In this document: positions 10,246 to 24,067 of the stretch, piece after piece | Layout: every line of letters starts with the position of its first letter | How positions within the stretch are numbered: the first letter of the stretch is position 1 | DNA from: Phaeosaccion multiseriatum | Lineage: Eukaryota > Protista > Ochrophyta, other classes | NCBI GenBank assembly: GCA_965112735.1 | Contig: OZ218954.1 | Span: forward strand, 2,852,001-2,916,000 | Direction: 5' to 3' | DNA length: 64,000 nt | Notes under the pieces: model-generated | The model's input: only the letters and a program-made list of their open reading frames with translations | Told to the model about the DNA's origin: nothing | Databases searched by the model: none | Translations under genes and position numbers: made by a program

Positions 10246-13200
10246 CCACCATCACCATCATCGCCACCACGAGCACGCCCCCGCCCTCTCCTTTCACCAC
10301 CACCATCATCATCATCATCATCATCATCATCCTCATCCCCCCCAACGTCAGAGTCGACAGGAGAGAAATAGTCCTCCACCTCGTCCCTTCCTCTCCTCCT
10401 CCCCCCACGAGCCCCACCCTGCTCCTGCCCCTCCTCCTCGTCCTCGTCCTCATCCTCAGAGTGGTCGTCCCTCCTCCTCCGCTTGCTCGGCTCCCCTCCG
10501 CCCCCGGGTGCGCTGCTGGGATTCCGAAGGATATACGCCTCACTCTGCTCATCAACTTCAAAGTCGCCTGACTTGAACATGCTCGCGAAACGGTCGTCTC
10601 CCAGGGGGTTACGTAGCAGATCCTTCTCCGGCAGGAAAGCGTCTCCACCCTCACGCCCCTCCTCCTCCTCCTCCTCCTCCTCCTCTCCTCCTTCCCCACC
10701 CTTGCCCTTGCTCTTGCTCTTGGCTTTTCTCTGTGCCTCCATCTTCATCTGCTTCCTCAGCAGCTTCTTTGCCAGCTCCTGATTGACCTTTGGAGCGGCC
10801 TTCTTTAAGTCAACGATGCGACTCTGGCGCTTGGCGTCAATGCGCTCTTGAAGCTTCTTCTTTTTGTATTCTTCGTAGGCGAAGGGCTCGGCCACCTTGT
10901 TGTACGAGTCAAGTACGCAAGTAAGTACGTAAGTACAATGTAAGTATACGTAAGTATATGTGTAACGGACGAAAGTCGGTTGTAAATGAGTAAGCAAGTA
11001 AGTCAGGTAGTAAGGGAGTAAGTGAAGTACTAAGTCCACCACCGTCCAGTGCCATCCTCCTTTTCCCCCTCCCCCAATAACTGCCATCCACCACCATCCA
11101 CTGCCATGCTCAGTCCGTCTTAACTCACCGCCTTAAGCTTGGCGTAGAGCTTAGCATCGATAAAGTATCCGTGCATGTATCCTCGCAACATTGGAGTACC
11201 CACGAGGTTCGAGATGCCCAAGTCATGCACCTCTGTGCGGGTGACGAATTTGTAATCGTCAAACACTTCAAGGCCGTCTTGCTCCTCCAGCTGAGAGAGG
11301 GAGGGGGGGTGTTCAGGGCGGGGAGGGGAGGGGTGGGAAGGAAATAATGTGTGCGAGTGAGTGAGTGAGTGAGTAAGCAAGCTTCCGAAATAATGAGTCA
11401 AGCAAGTTTGAGTATGAGTTTTGTCCAACCTTCCTCCGTCCTCCTCCTCCTCCTCCCTCCCCCCCCCCCCTCCTTTGTCTTCCCTATCCTCCTCCTCCTC
11501 CTCCTCCTCCTCCTCCTCCTCCTCCTCCTCCTCCTCCTCCTCCTATTCCTCCTCCTCCTCCTCCTCCTCCTCCTCCTCCTCCTCCTCCTCCTCCTCCTCC
11601 TCCTCCTCCTCCTCCTCCTCCTCACGCACCTCCTCCGTGAGCGAGTCGAGGAAGCTGCACCACCTCGGCGCCGGCCCTATGGAGGGCACGTAATAGGCCA
11701 TAACCTTGGAGGTGGGTAGTAAGTCAAATAATAGGGGGTGGGTAGTAAGTCAATTGGTGGGTGCGTGTCAGAAGAGAAGAAGGCGGGGTGTCAGGACAGA
11801 GGGTGGGTGGGTGGGGTAAGTGAGTGATTCAGAAAAGTAAGTCAGTGAGCGGGGGGAGGGAGTGATTGAATGAGTGGGGTGAGTTGAGTCAGTCAGTCGG
11901 TGAGTCATCGAGTGCATAAGTCAGTAAAGCAAGTATATATACCTTGGCTTGCTCCCCTGCCATGAGCACCAAGCCCGAGTCCCCCCTAGCGTCGTGAGCG
12001 ATGCATACGTCATTCGTGGCCACGGGGGTTTCCACGTTGGCGTGATTATCCCCAGTGTGTCTGTTCCACATTTTGACGATCTTGGGGTCTGTGCTCACAA
12101 CCTGAGGGGCCGGGGGGGGGGGGGGGTGTGAGAGGGATGGATGGAGGAGAGACAACAGAGAACGGAAGGAGGGAGGGAGGGAGGAGGGAGAGAGGGGACG
12201 AGCCAGGGGAGGGGAGGGGAGGGGAGAGCAAGCGTGGCGGGGGAGGAAATGAGCCATTTGTTTGAGTAGGCCACGGCCGAACAACGACGACCGACGCGAG
12301 GCGAGGGAGGGAGATGGAGGAGAAGAGGATGGGGAAGCAGATGGCAACAGATGGCAACAGGGATGCTTGCCGCAAGCTCGCTACCCTCCCTCCCTCACCA
12401 GTCTCTGAGGCCCATCATGAAACTTAATGTCGGTTACAGGCAGGCCGTAAGGGTGCTGCTTGCACAACAGGGGTTGAGAAGAGCGCAAGTCGAAGAGAAA
12501 GCACTGCGCAGAGGTGGTGCCGGCAGCGAGGGTCAGGCCGTCCGTGTCGAAGCATAAGGCACTTGTTTGGAAGCCCTAAAGTGGGAGGGGTAAGGGGGTT
12601 GTAAGGAAGAGAGGGAGGGAGGGAAGGACGGAAGGAGGGAGGGAGGGAGGGAAGGACGGAGGGAGGGAGAAAGGGAGGGAGGGAGGGAGGGAGGGAGGGA
12701 GGGAGGCAGGGAGGGTGCACGTTACGTATCGCGCGCGTCGCCTCTGTCGAGGAGGTAGGAAAGCATAGACCTTCTCTGCACGGGCACGCTGTATTCTTCT
12801 CTCGTGTGCTTCACTCTTTCTTACCTGTTGGGTGTTGGCTGACATCTGCGCTGCTCTTCCCGCCGCCGCAGAGAGGTCGAGCCTTGGAGGCACGAAGAAG
12901 CAAGCAAACAACCAAGGGGAATGGAGTCGAGGAAGGAGCAAGGGGAATGACGAGAGAGAGAGCAAAAGAGAGAGGGAGAGAGAGAGAGCAATAGAGAAAG
13001 GGAGAGAGAGAGAGAGAGGGACAGAGAGAGCAAAAGAGAAACGGAGAGAGAGGGAGAGAAACAGAGAGAGAAGGCAGAGGAGGGGCGGGGGAGGGAGGAA
13101 CGACTTGAGCTGAAGCTGACACCCACTCACTCACTCACTCACTCACTCACTCACCTCTAACTCACTCTCTCACTCACTCACTCACTCACTCATTCATTCA

Positions 13201-14524
13201 CTCACCCACTCACTCCTTCACTCACTCACTCAATCACTCACTCACTCACTCACTCACTCACTCACTCACTCACTCACTCACTCACTCACTCACTCACCCG
13301 CTGAGTTGCGACACCGTCTTTCCAGCGCGCACATCCCAAAAGGAAACGGTCCCATCCTCCCTCCCCGCCGCGAGCAATTGGTGCACCGGATTGAGTGCCA
13401 GTTTGGTTACCCCCACAGAGGCGTCGCCAGGCAGCGAGAGGGCGGGTTTGAAGCGGCCCTCATCGAGGTTAAGACGGTACACTTCGTTGCCGGAGCAGCC
13501 CACGAGGAGGTCGCAGCTCAGCGGTTGGTACGCCAGATCGCGGCCGTGCTGTTGGTAGTGGTGGGAGGCGGGGGGAGGGAGGAAGGGAGGTGAGGTGAAA
13601 GGAGATGATGCATAAGGCACAAAAATGGCAGTTGATGGTAGTGTGCAAAATTGTAGTGGACTACCTTGGGCACGCGAAGGGAGTGATGGAAGCCGTAGCC
13701 TGCGTGCACAGCGATGGTCCTGTCTGCTTGGAGGAAGACCATCTTTTCAAAGTTCTCGCTGAGCATCTCAAAGGCCACCACATCGCAATCCAGGTGTCGC
13801 TCGAACTTGAGACCTAATTCGGAGGTGTCGAACACTGTATACAGCAGAGATGCATGTGCCAATTGTGAGGGTCCGGGGAAGGCAAGGGAGAGGGAGGCGA
13901 CGCAAGGGACGGGTGGGGATGGAGTGGATGGAGTGGATGGACGGATGGGCGGATGGATGGGGGCCGACAAGTGGAAGTGGATGGGGCAAGATCAAGAGGG
14001 AGGGAGGGGGGGTGGGCGGGGCCGGGGAGGATGAGCGAGCGAGCGAGGAGGCGAACGTAGAGGGTCCACTCACTCACTCACTCACTCACTCACTCACTCA
14101 CTCACCCTTCACTTGCGGCGGGTACGTGCCGGTAACGATAACGTACTGCGAGTCCGGGGACATCTTGATGTTCTGCGAGGCAATGGGAAAGTCGAAGTCT
14201 TGCAGCAGCTCCACACGCTGACGGTACTCGAGGTCCTTAGACAGAGAGCGCTTCTTGGATTGGGAGATCCACTGGGGAAGCGTCTTGCCTATTATGGGGT
14301 TGGAGAGGAAATGATTGGGTCGATTGGGGCATCCGATCCGGTGTTGGTGCAGGGGAGGGGAAAGTGAGTTGAGAGCAAAGTCGTTCGGCGTTGGGTCAGG
14401 GCTGAGAGCTTTGGCCCTCCCCCCACATTCCCACAGGATAGATAGCCTGAAGCCACTACAACGCACCTGAGGAGAGGTTGTACACCTTGACCCCTAGGAA
14501 GTTGGACACCTGCATGCGAGACAT
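9681..14524 (-). CDS. NOL10: Nucleolar protein 10 / Enp2 (WD40 + NUC153), multi-exon
   Basis: MQVSNFLGVKVYNLSSGKTLPQW..RVELLQDFDFP..TGTYPPQVK..LKFERH..VYRLNLDEGRF..GPAPRWCSFLDSLTEE..VFDDYKFVT..YMHGYFID..DDRFASMFKSGDFEVD. Start at 14524 or 14515. Confidence 0.95.
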
Positions 14525-15078
14525 GTTTTCCCGTCTTTGCTTTTACTTTCTCTCTTTCTCTTTTTCTCTCTCTCTCTCTCTGATGAATGCGAGACACTGG
14601 AAGGCCTGTGCCGGACACCACAGGCTTCCTCCCCCTGCCAATCAACCAGGAAAGGCCAGTGGCCCTGCCTGTGTCACTTCCCTTTCTTCTTCTCTCTGGA
14701 GGTAGCTCCCGTCCAACGCCCCGGCTGGCTCAAGACAGTCGGAAGCAAAACAATACGCCTTGCGGCCGTAATGGCCCCATTGACTTATTCGATGGCAGCC
14801 CACGCACCTTCCCTACTTCCCCCCTTCCTTCCCCCCCCTTCCTTTGCTTCCTTCCCTAAACTTCCCTCTCTTGAAAAGTAGAGCACTTTGCAAGGCTTTA
14901 ATAGTGTGAAGTACGTAGAATTGCCATCGTTGAACGCAGCGGAGGACAGGGGAAAGGAGAGGGGAGAGGAGGGAGAAGGAACAAGGAGAGGGAGCGTTAA
15001 AAGAAGAAGCATGAGCGGCAGCAGCGCGACGGTGGACAACTAGAGCACTAAGCGAAGCAGCGGCGCCATCGGGCGACA

Positions 15079-18000
15079 ATGAGGTCCAACGCACGGCGAA
15101 GAAGCACTCTGCCCCACACACGGAATTCCCCCCCGCTCTCCTCCTCTCACCTCGTTTGGGGCTTCTTGCTGTGTATTGTGCTCGTGTGGGCGGTTGGCGT
15201 GCTCGTCTACATACCTACCTTCATCGCGCAGAAGGAGCACCCAGAAAATGCGTACTCTCCACCACTTGAAGAAAAAATAGGAGCAGCAGGAGGAGCAGCA
15301 CCAGGCTCAGCAGGAGGCTTAGCAGCAGGAGAAGGTGTGGCGCGGCCAATAGAAAGGCCGGCGACAGCAAGACCAGTAGAAAAAGAGCAGAGGATTGTGC
15401 CAGAGCCAGAGGAGACAGAGACAGATGTTGTTGCGGTAGAGGCACACGAGCCAGTAGAGGCACCACTCCACGTTGCTGCACCAGAGGCGCAAGAGGAGGC
15501 GAAGGTGGAAGAGAAGAAGGCCGCGGAAGAGGAGGGAGACGGTGGAATGGGGGTAGTAGCAGGAGGAGGGGGCCAGGCGGGCGCCGAGGAAGTAACGGGA
15601 GAGCCCGTGGGGATGCAGGTCATCGGGGAGGAATGGGACTGGCAATGGAAGTTCGACGAGAAGCTGATGGTGAGGAGCGAGGGTGATTAATGAGACCGCA
15701 CATCACATCATATCGGGTGTGGAAGATGGAAGAGGAAGGGCGATTTAGTGATTCTCTTCTGGGAGAAAGTGTCTGCGCCCGAAGGGGGGGAGAGAGGGAG
15801 GGGAGAGAGAGAGGGAGGGAGGGAGGGAGGGAGGGAGGCGTGTACTGCATGACAGTTCCGTGGGTGCGTGGTGGTTGCGCAATGCCCCCCCCGGGGCAAG
15901 TGGACAGCTCTGCTCTGCTCGCAGCACACTGCTCTCTCTCTCTGTCCGTCCCCTCCCTCCCTCCCTCCCTCCCTCCCTCCCTCCCTCCCTCCCTCCCTCC
16001 CTCCCTCCCTCCCTCCCTCTCGCACTGCTTGTGGGCCTTGGACATACCTGTGTACCTCAGTGCTCAGTCCGCCTTGAAAGGACGCAAAGTCTGTGACGTC
16101 ATCGCCCCCCTGCTCCCACCCCATGTGTGTGTGTGCATGTATGCGTGTGTGCGTATGTGTGTGTGTGTGTCCTTCAGTTGCGTCTCTCCAAAGAGAGCCA
16201 CCCTCCCCCCCTGGAGCGTAAGGAGTGTGCCAAGGAGGATGACCACAAAAAGCTGCTGGACAAGGTGGTGGTTCATGCTGGCGACGACCCTGCTGCCCAC
16301 CCCGCAGGGTAAGGTACCAAAAAGGACCTCCGCACTCCCTCCCCCACTCTCTCTCGCTCTCTCCTCCTCCCCCTCCCTTTCGCTCTCTCCCTCCCTCTCT
16401 CCCTCTCTCACAGCACCCTCCCTCCACCCCTCCCCCCCCCCCCCTCTCTCCCTCCCTCTCTCCCTCCCTCCGCCCCTCCCACCCTCTCTCCCTCCCTCTC
16501 TCTCCCTCCCTCCCTCCCTCCCTCCCTCCCTCCCTCCCTCCCTCCCTCCCCCCCCCCCCTCTCTCCCTCCCTCCCTCCCCCCCCCCCTCTCTCCCTCCCT
16601 CTCTCCCTCCCTCCACCCCTCCCACCCTCTCTCCCTCTCTCTCTCCCTCCCTCCCTCCCTCCCTCCCTCCCTCTCTCCCTCTCTCTCTCCCTCTCTCTGT
16701 CCCTCCCTCCCTCCCTCTCTCCCTCCCTCCTTCCCTCCCTCCCTCCCTCCCTCTCTCCCTCCCTCCCCTCCTGACAGGAGAGTGCTGTGCCTCACATACA
16801 CGTATCACAAAAACCACGACACTGCAGTCAAAGCCCTGCGAGAGACATGGGTCCACAAGTGCGACGGTTTCATCAGTTTCAGCGACGTGTACGACCCAGG
16901 TGCCCCCACCTTCGGCATCAAGCACGAGGGGCCGGAGGAGTACAACAACGTCTGGCAAAAAGTGCGTGCCATTTGGAAGTACGTGCACCGCTACTATTTG
17001 GAGGAATACGAGTGGTTTACCATTGGAGGTGACGACATCTTCTTCATCATGGAGAACTTGAGGGCGGTACGTACGTGTGTAGTGACGTGTGCACGTACGG
17101 GTGTAGTTAACCCCTTAACGGGGCTTAACGTGGGCCTTCCGAATCCGACGACCTCGCCGTCACGCACATCCGTGCCTGCCTGCCTGCTTGCCTGCTGGCC
17201 TTGCGTTTGTGGGTAATGGAAAGGGATCGAAGCACCTTGTTTCACATACTTCACTCCCCTCTATTCTCCTAACGTCTCCTCTCCCCTCTTGTCTCCTCTC
17301 GTCTTCTCCTCTCCCCTCCACTGGCACCCCAACGCCCCCCATCACATCACAAGTACTTGTCTAGCGACGAGATCAACGCAGCCACAGAACAAGGCACAAA
17401 GCCCATCTTCCTGGGCCGCCGCTTCAAACCTATCGGGAGGGATATATTCAACAGCGGAGGCGCGGGTGAGTGTCTGAGTGAGTGAGGGAGTGAGTGAGTG
17501 AGTGTGTGAGTGTGTGAGTGTGTGACGGCGTGAGTGACTGACTCTGCCCCCCTCTCTTCTTTCATTGCCTCTCGCGCACGCCCTCTCTCCTCTCCTTCCC
17601 CACTCTGTCGATGTTTCTCCTCCTTACCCCCCCCCCCTCCTGCAGGCTACGTGCTGAACCGCCCTGCCCTCACGGCCCTGGCCACCAACCTCGACGACGG
17701 CAGGTGCATGCCCCACTCACTCACTGACTCACTCCCTCACTCCCTCACTCACTCACCCACTCACTCACTCACTCACTCACTCACTCCCTCACTCACTCAC
17801 TCACTCACTCACTCACTCACTCACTCACTCACTCACTCACTCACTCCCTCCCTCACTCCCTCACTCACTCACTCACTTCAAAGACTCAACTCACGCCACT
17901 GACGGACTGACTCACTCACTCACTCACCCCCTTGGTCAGGTGCATGCCCCATCAGAAGGTCTTCGCTGAGGATGTGAACGTGGCCAAGTGTCTGCGGGTA

Positions 18001-19143
18001 TGAGACATAGGAATGAAGAGAGAGAGAGAGAGCAAGCGATAGAAAGAGAGGAAGAGGGGGAAGGACGGAGGGAGAGAGGGAGAGAGTTTGAGGAGAAAGA
18101 GAGGAATGAAGAGAGAGAGAGAGAGCAAGCGATAGAGAGAGGAAGAGGGGGAAGGACGGAGGGGGAAGGACGGAGGGAGAGAGGGAGAGAGTTTGAGGAG
18201 AGAGAGATAGGAATGAAGAGAGAGAGGGAGAAGGAGAGAGAGAGTGGGAGACATTTCCATACTCATCCACTGCCATCCCCATCCCCATACACTGCCATCC
18301 CCCCTGCACAGCTCACGTCCGGTGTGGAGCCGTACGACACGCGAGACTCTCTGGGCGAGGAGCGCTTCCACCCCTTTAACCCGATGGTTCGTTATCCACT
18401 CGTATAGCCCCCTTTGTTGGATTAAAGCGATCCATTAACCACCCCTTAACTATCATGTACCCATCGTTAACCATCAATTGCCCACCCTTTCAACCCGATG
18501 GTTTGTTATCCCCCCATTACCCGTCCGTTAACTATCAATTATCCATCGTTAACCACCAATTACGCACCCCTTCAACCCGATGGTTTGTTATCCCTCGCTT
18601 TGCCACCCATATTGACCCCTCATTCCCCACCAACAATCCATTACCCGCCACTTATCCGCCGTGAACCGTCCATTATCCACCCGTTATCGTTACGACCCAA
18701 CCATCCCCTATCCACCCTTTGTAACCACCAACAGACCCACAGGAACTACAAAATAGCCACGGACCCAAAGAAGCGCGATTGGTACTATGACTACAGTATA
18801 GACCTTAAGGTCAGAGAGAGAGAGAGAGAGAGAGAGGAGGGAGGGAGGGAGGGAGGGAGAGACGAGGGAGGAGGGGAGGGAGGAGGGGAAAGAGGGAGAG
18901 AGAGAGCGAAAGAGAGGGATACGGACAGAGAGGGAGGAAGAGGCAGAGGGAGAGCGTTGTTTGGTCCCTAGGGTCCTTACCCTCCCCCCCCCTCTCCCCT
19001 CCCCTCGCCTATGTCATCCACTGCCATCCATCCAGGTCGGTATGGAGTGTTGCTCCACCGAATCGCTGAGCTTTCACTACATCAAGCCCGACTTGCAGTA
19101 CCGCCTCTACGACCTCATCTATCGCTGCAGAGAATCTGAGTAG
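15079..19143 (+). CDS. GT31 beta-1,3-galactosyltransferase (C1GALT1-like), type II membrane protein, multi-exon
   Basis: N-terminal TM helix, acidic stem, then RVLCLTYT..ETWVHKCDG..WQKVRAIWKYV..WFTIGGDDIF..ENLR..FLGRRF..FNSGGAGYVL..AEDVNVAKCL..DTRD..ERFHPF..CCSTESLSFHY. Confidence 0.9.
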
Positions 19144-19415
19144 TGGATGGATGGCAGTGAATGAATGGCAGTGGATGGATGGCAGTGGATGGATGGCAGT
19201 GGATGGATGGCTCGACTTGCAGTACCGCCTCTACGACCTCATCTATCGCTGCAGAGAATCTGAGTAGTGGATGGATGGCAGTGGATGGATGGCAGTGGAT
19301 GGATGGCAGTGGATGGATGGCTCGACTTGCAGTACCGCCTCTACGATATCGCTGCAGAGAACCTGAGGTAGTGGATGGATGGGACAGGATGGCAGTGGAT
19401 GGATGGCAGTGGATA
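19089..19415. repeat. Triplication of the GT31 terminal codons/stop, interspersed with GGATGGCAGTGGAT arrays
   Basis: CGACTTGCAGTACCGCCTCTACGA..GCAGAGAA occurs at 19089, 19213 and 19323. Confidence 0.9.
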
Positions 19416-20160
19416 AGTGAGGCATGAGGCGTAGGGGCAGGGATCGAGCAGCCGTTTCGACTCCGATAGGCCTATGTGCCTATATTATCTAAGCCTACGC
19501 CTACGACAACCCTGCGGCCGGAGGAGAGCTTTGGCTCCTTTCCTTGAGATGGAGAGGCCCAGCGAGGCCCAGCAGTTGGTGATACGAGTCGGGGGCCGGT
19601 GACCGGGCCGGGGACCTGTTGCCCCACACTCTGCGCTACACGCAGGGGCGGAAACCGATGCGATGGTGTCAGAAGAAGTCCACTCTTTTTGGAGATTGGG
19701 GTTGACCACCTTTTTCCTTTGTGTTTTGATCAAAGCGAAACAAAGGACGGGGGTTCAAGCGTTCCAAAAGAGTGGACTTGTTGTTTGGTGTACTGCTCCT
19801 GCTGGACGAGTTGCTGTTTTTGCTACTCTTGGTGTTTGTTGCCTCTAGTGTTGCCTGCGCGGGGCGCCTGGCAAAGGCGTGTACAAGAAGAGGGAGAGGG
19901 GAAGGGAGAAACCCGCCCTTCTCTATTGCGCCGCTCTCTTTTGTACCTTCATTAATTTCGAAGAACATTGCTGACACAATGACTACTTTACAGAGGCTTT
20001 TGTGAACAACAGCCGGGGTTACGTAATGACTATAGCAGGGGGAAGGTAAGTGCGTAGGCGTACGTAGGTGTGCGTAGGGTTTCTGTACTCACAAAGATGT
20101 CCTTCTTATGAAGCCTACATTTAGATGCGTATAGGTAGTAGTAGACAGGTGTGCCTGGTG

Positions 20161-23100
20161 TCAGGCTCCTCGGTCCTTGCCTTTGAAGCCTTCCCGTGCC
20201 CTTGCCTTGAAGCCTCTGTACGCGGCCTGAATACTGACGACGAAGCTTTTGTCTTTCTCCTGTATCACCAACTGCTGCTCTTCTTGCTGGTGTTGCTTCT
20301 TGCTGTCATCACCCTCCTTCCCCTCCACCGGCTTGTCGTCCCCTCCCTCTCCCTGACCACCCTGACCAGGACGTGTCCCGCCATCCACTGCCATCCCTCT
20401 GGCCCCTCTCGTCTCCCAATCCACTGCCACCCTCTTTGCAGATGGCGACGACGGCTTCTCCTCCGACAGCCCCTTCCGCAGCCTCAGCGCAGGCACCCTC
20501 CTCTCCTCTCCCTCTCCTCCTCCTCCTCCTCCTCCTCCTCCTCCTCCTCCTCCTGCTGCTGCTGCTGCTGCCTCTGCCCTCCTATGTACCTTAAGTTCCT
20601 GTAACCGTCTCCGAGCCTGCACCTTGGCTTGTGCGCGTCCGTCTATCCCCTCCGTACCAAGGGCTGATGTCGTCGCCAGCATCGAAGGAGGCCTACTCCT
20701 TATACTACCAACGCTTGCACGTATCTGCAGCTCCTCATTTGGCATGTCCTCCTCAGCATGGGGAGTCCACTCGTCGGTTTCATTGACATGAGGCATGAAG
20801 TCATAATCTTTCATCTCTCGGTCTGGCGCAGGAGCAGCAGTTGGTGATACAGCACCAGCAGCAAGACCAGGAGGCCGCAACAACAGCAGCGATTGCCGCA
20901 CTTGTGGACTGCCCCCCACCCCCTTCGCCTCCCCCCCCTCCGCCTCTTCCTCACTCACCCTCACCCTCCTCCTCCTTCCCCTCGACCCCCCTCCCGTCAT
21001 CGCTCCCAACTCCGCGAGCAGCTGATGCGTCACCCCTTCCACAGGATCATAAGGGACCCCTTTTAGCTCGGGTTGCCTTAGCTCGGACACCAGCAGAGAG
21101 AGGGCACCGTGCACGCGCATCTCAGCTGCAGAAACCTTGAGCTTCTTCCTTAGAGCCCACCCCCTTAGCCTGGCTTGGATGCGAGTGGCAGCCCTGTACT
21201 CTCGGCTTCTGTTGTTGGGTTTGTGTCAGTTTCGGATTCAAGTTTCAGATTCAGTTTCAGTTTCAGGTCGAGGGTCATTTGTCGGGTCCAATGGAGTAGA
21301 CCCATAACATCAGCCAGCCACACCACAGCTATTGCTTGATTCCTTCTCAGTAAAATATGAGCTTCTTCTCGATCTATCTAGAGGACTACCTTCCCTTTCG
21401 AAAAGCCTTCGATGGAAGGATGCGATAACTCACCTCCTCCTGCTGCTGCTGCTGCCGCCATTACCCATGGACAGCCATCCCAGCTCCCCTCCTCTTAGCA
21501 CGTGCTTCTGACGCTGCCTGAAGATCACCTGTGACCGCAAGTGCATCCCAAGGCAAGGCCAAGGCAAGGGGGGGGAAGGCGCAGGGTCAGGGAGGGAATG
21601 AGGGTGAGGGGTGACGGTGAGGGCGAGGATCATGGAGAGGGTCAGGGTCAGGGAAAGGGGAAGGGGGGCGAGAGTGAGGGTGAGGATGAGGGTGAGGGTG
21701 ACGGTGACGGTGAGGGTGAGGATCATGGAGAGGGTCAGGGAAGGGGAAGGACGCGGGGAAGGATCAGAGTCAGAGTCAGGGATAGGTTCACGCTCAGAGT
21801 CAGGCTCAGAGCAAGGACTGCGTCAGGGATACGGTCAGGACCGGCCGGGAAGGGGAGAGGATCAGGATCAGAATCAGAATCAGAATCAGAATCAGGGGCA
21901 GGCGCAGGATCAGAGTGAGGGTTACAGAAAGGACTTCGGCGGAATCCCCTCCCCTCCCCTCCCCTCCCTCCCTCCCTCCCTCCTATCTTACCTGGTGCAC
22001 CAACGCGTCTGCTTGTCTACGGCAGCGCTCCTCCTTATGCACGACAGCTTCCTCCGCCAAACGCTCTTGAGCAGCTGGACCGAGGCGCACCCTGCAGGGG
22101 GGGGGGGGAACAACAGCACGCCCCAGGGGAGGAGCACAGACAAGGTTCAGCGCTCACTGACTGGCCTGCTGACTGACCGACTGACTGACTGACCGACTGA
22201 CTGACTGTCTTCTCTCTCCTTATCTTCCCTTCCCTTCCCTTCCCTTCTCTTGCCTCATCTCACCTGTCAAAGAGTGTGCTCGCAACGGCCTTGCGCACCC
22301 TCTCCCTCCTCTTGTTGGCCGCCACTGCCGGAACCTCCAGCACCCCTCCAGCCTCCCCCTCCCCCTCCCCCTCCCCCTTCCCCTCCCCCGCCTCCCCCTC
22401 CTCCTCATAGTTCGGTCCGGTGCCCTTCCTCGCGTAGCAATACCACCATAACGATCTCTCATCCTCGCTATACATACATCCCAGCTCGCCCTCCTCCTTC
22501 TGCTTGTCCTCCATGCCCCTGCTCATATGCCTGTCCCTGCCTCTGTCCCCGCCTCTACCCGACTTCCTCGTCCGGGCTGAAAAGCCGTCGCCAACTGTGA
22601 ACCCCCCCCCCGTCGTCCCCCCCTGGACGCATCGTATGTCCACCGGGGGCGCCCCCCCGAGGTCGTCCGTCAGGTGTGTGCTCCACCACGCGTCCTTCCC
22701 TGTATGTGGGGATCGGTGGGGGATGGCAGTGGATGGGTACGGTATAAGAGGGGGGGGGGGGGAGGACAGGGGCAGAAAGACCGACCGACCGACCGACAGA
22801 TAGAGAGCACCGAAATCAACCAACCTAAAGCCCAAACCCAAGAAAGGAATTCAACGCCTCTCTCTCTCTCTAGGAGCTCCTCCACCTCTCCCTATTTTGC
22901 TATCCTCCCTCTCCCTCTCTCTCCCTCCCTCTCTATCTCCCTCTCTCTCCCTCTTCCTCCCTCCCTTCCTCCCCCTTAGCCCCCCCCCCCCTCCCCCCTG
23001 CCTCACCCTGGAGAGCTGCCAAGGTTCGCTCATGTGCCCTCTCCGCTCTCCTTCGCTTCTCGGGATCGTTCGGCAGCCCCCACCCCCCCCGCACACTCTC

Positions 23101-24024
23101 CTCGTCCTCGTCTTGGGCGTTCCTACTCATCCGACGGTGGAGTCTGTCCCCCTCCCTCGCCCTTCCCCCACTACTCTGAGGGCTCTTCCGATTGCGCTGC
23201 TGGACCTCCTCCTCGTAACCGTCGTAGCCGTCGTAACGGCTGCTTAGGGCAGGCGGGTTGAGCAGACCACAACACATGCTGTCCATGTGATCCAGCACCT
23301 GCCTCCTCCTCCTGCTGCTGCTCTGTCTACCCTCCTCCGCCCACTCCCTCTCCATCTGCAGGGTGGCGAGGCGATGTTGGAAGTCCAACAGGCTCTCGTA
23401 GGGCTGACGAGAGTCCCCACTCGGAGCACAAGACTTGACCTCGCCTGATGGGTGGAGGGCAGTGGATGGATGGATTCATGACCATCGTATGTGCGTGTGT
23501 GTGAGTGTGTGCGTGTGAGTGTGTGTGTGCATATAAACTCTGTATATGTGATGTGAATGTTTGGCAACTCCTCTCCTTCTTCTCCTCCTCCTCCTCCTCC
23601 TCCTCCTCCTCCTCCTCCTTCTCATCCTCTTCCTCCCCCTTCTCCTCCTCCTCCCCCCTCCCCTCCCCTCCTCACTCACCCGCCTTGACGGCCTCTCTCT
23701 TGCTCTGCTCCTCCTCCCTCTGCCCTGCCGCAGCAGCACTAGACTTCACCCTCTTGTGGAGGTCAACAAGTCGTAGCAAAGACAAGTTCACTCCTTCTCC
23801 TTCTTCTCCCCCCCCCTCTGCTGCCACCTTCCCTTTCCCCTTACACCGCACGTGCCCCTTCCCTCCCCTTCTCTCCCTCCCCCGCCTCCTGACGGCCGGG
23901 ACACTGCTGCCACTCCAGGTGTGTCCAAACCTCGCCCTCTCTCCCCTCCCCTTCCCATCCCCCTCCCCCTCCGCTACCGATCTCCCTTCCGCGGCGGCGC
24001 AGCTCCCGTCAAATGGCGCGCGCG

Positions 24025-24067
<43 letters not shown>

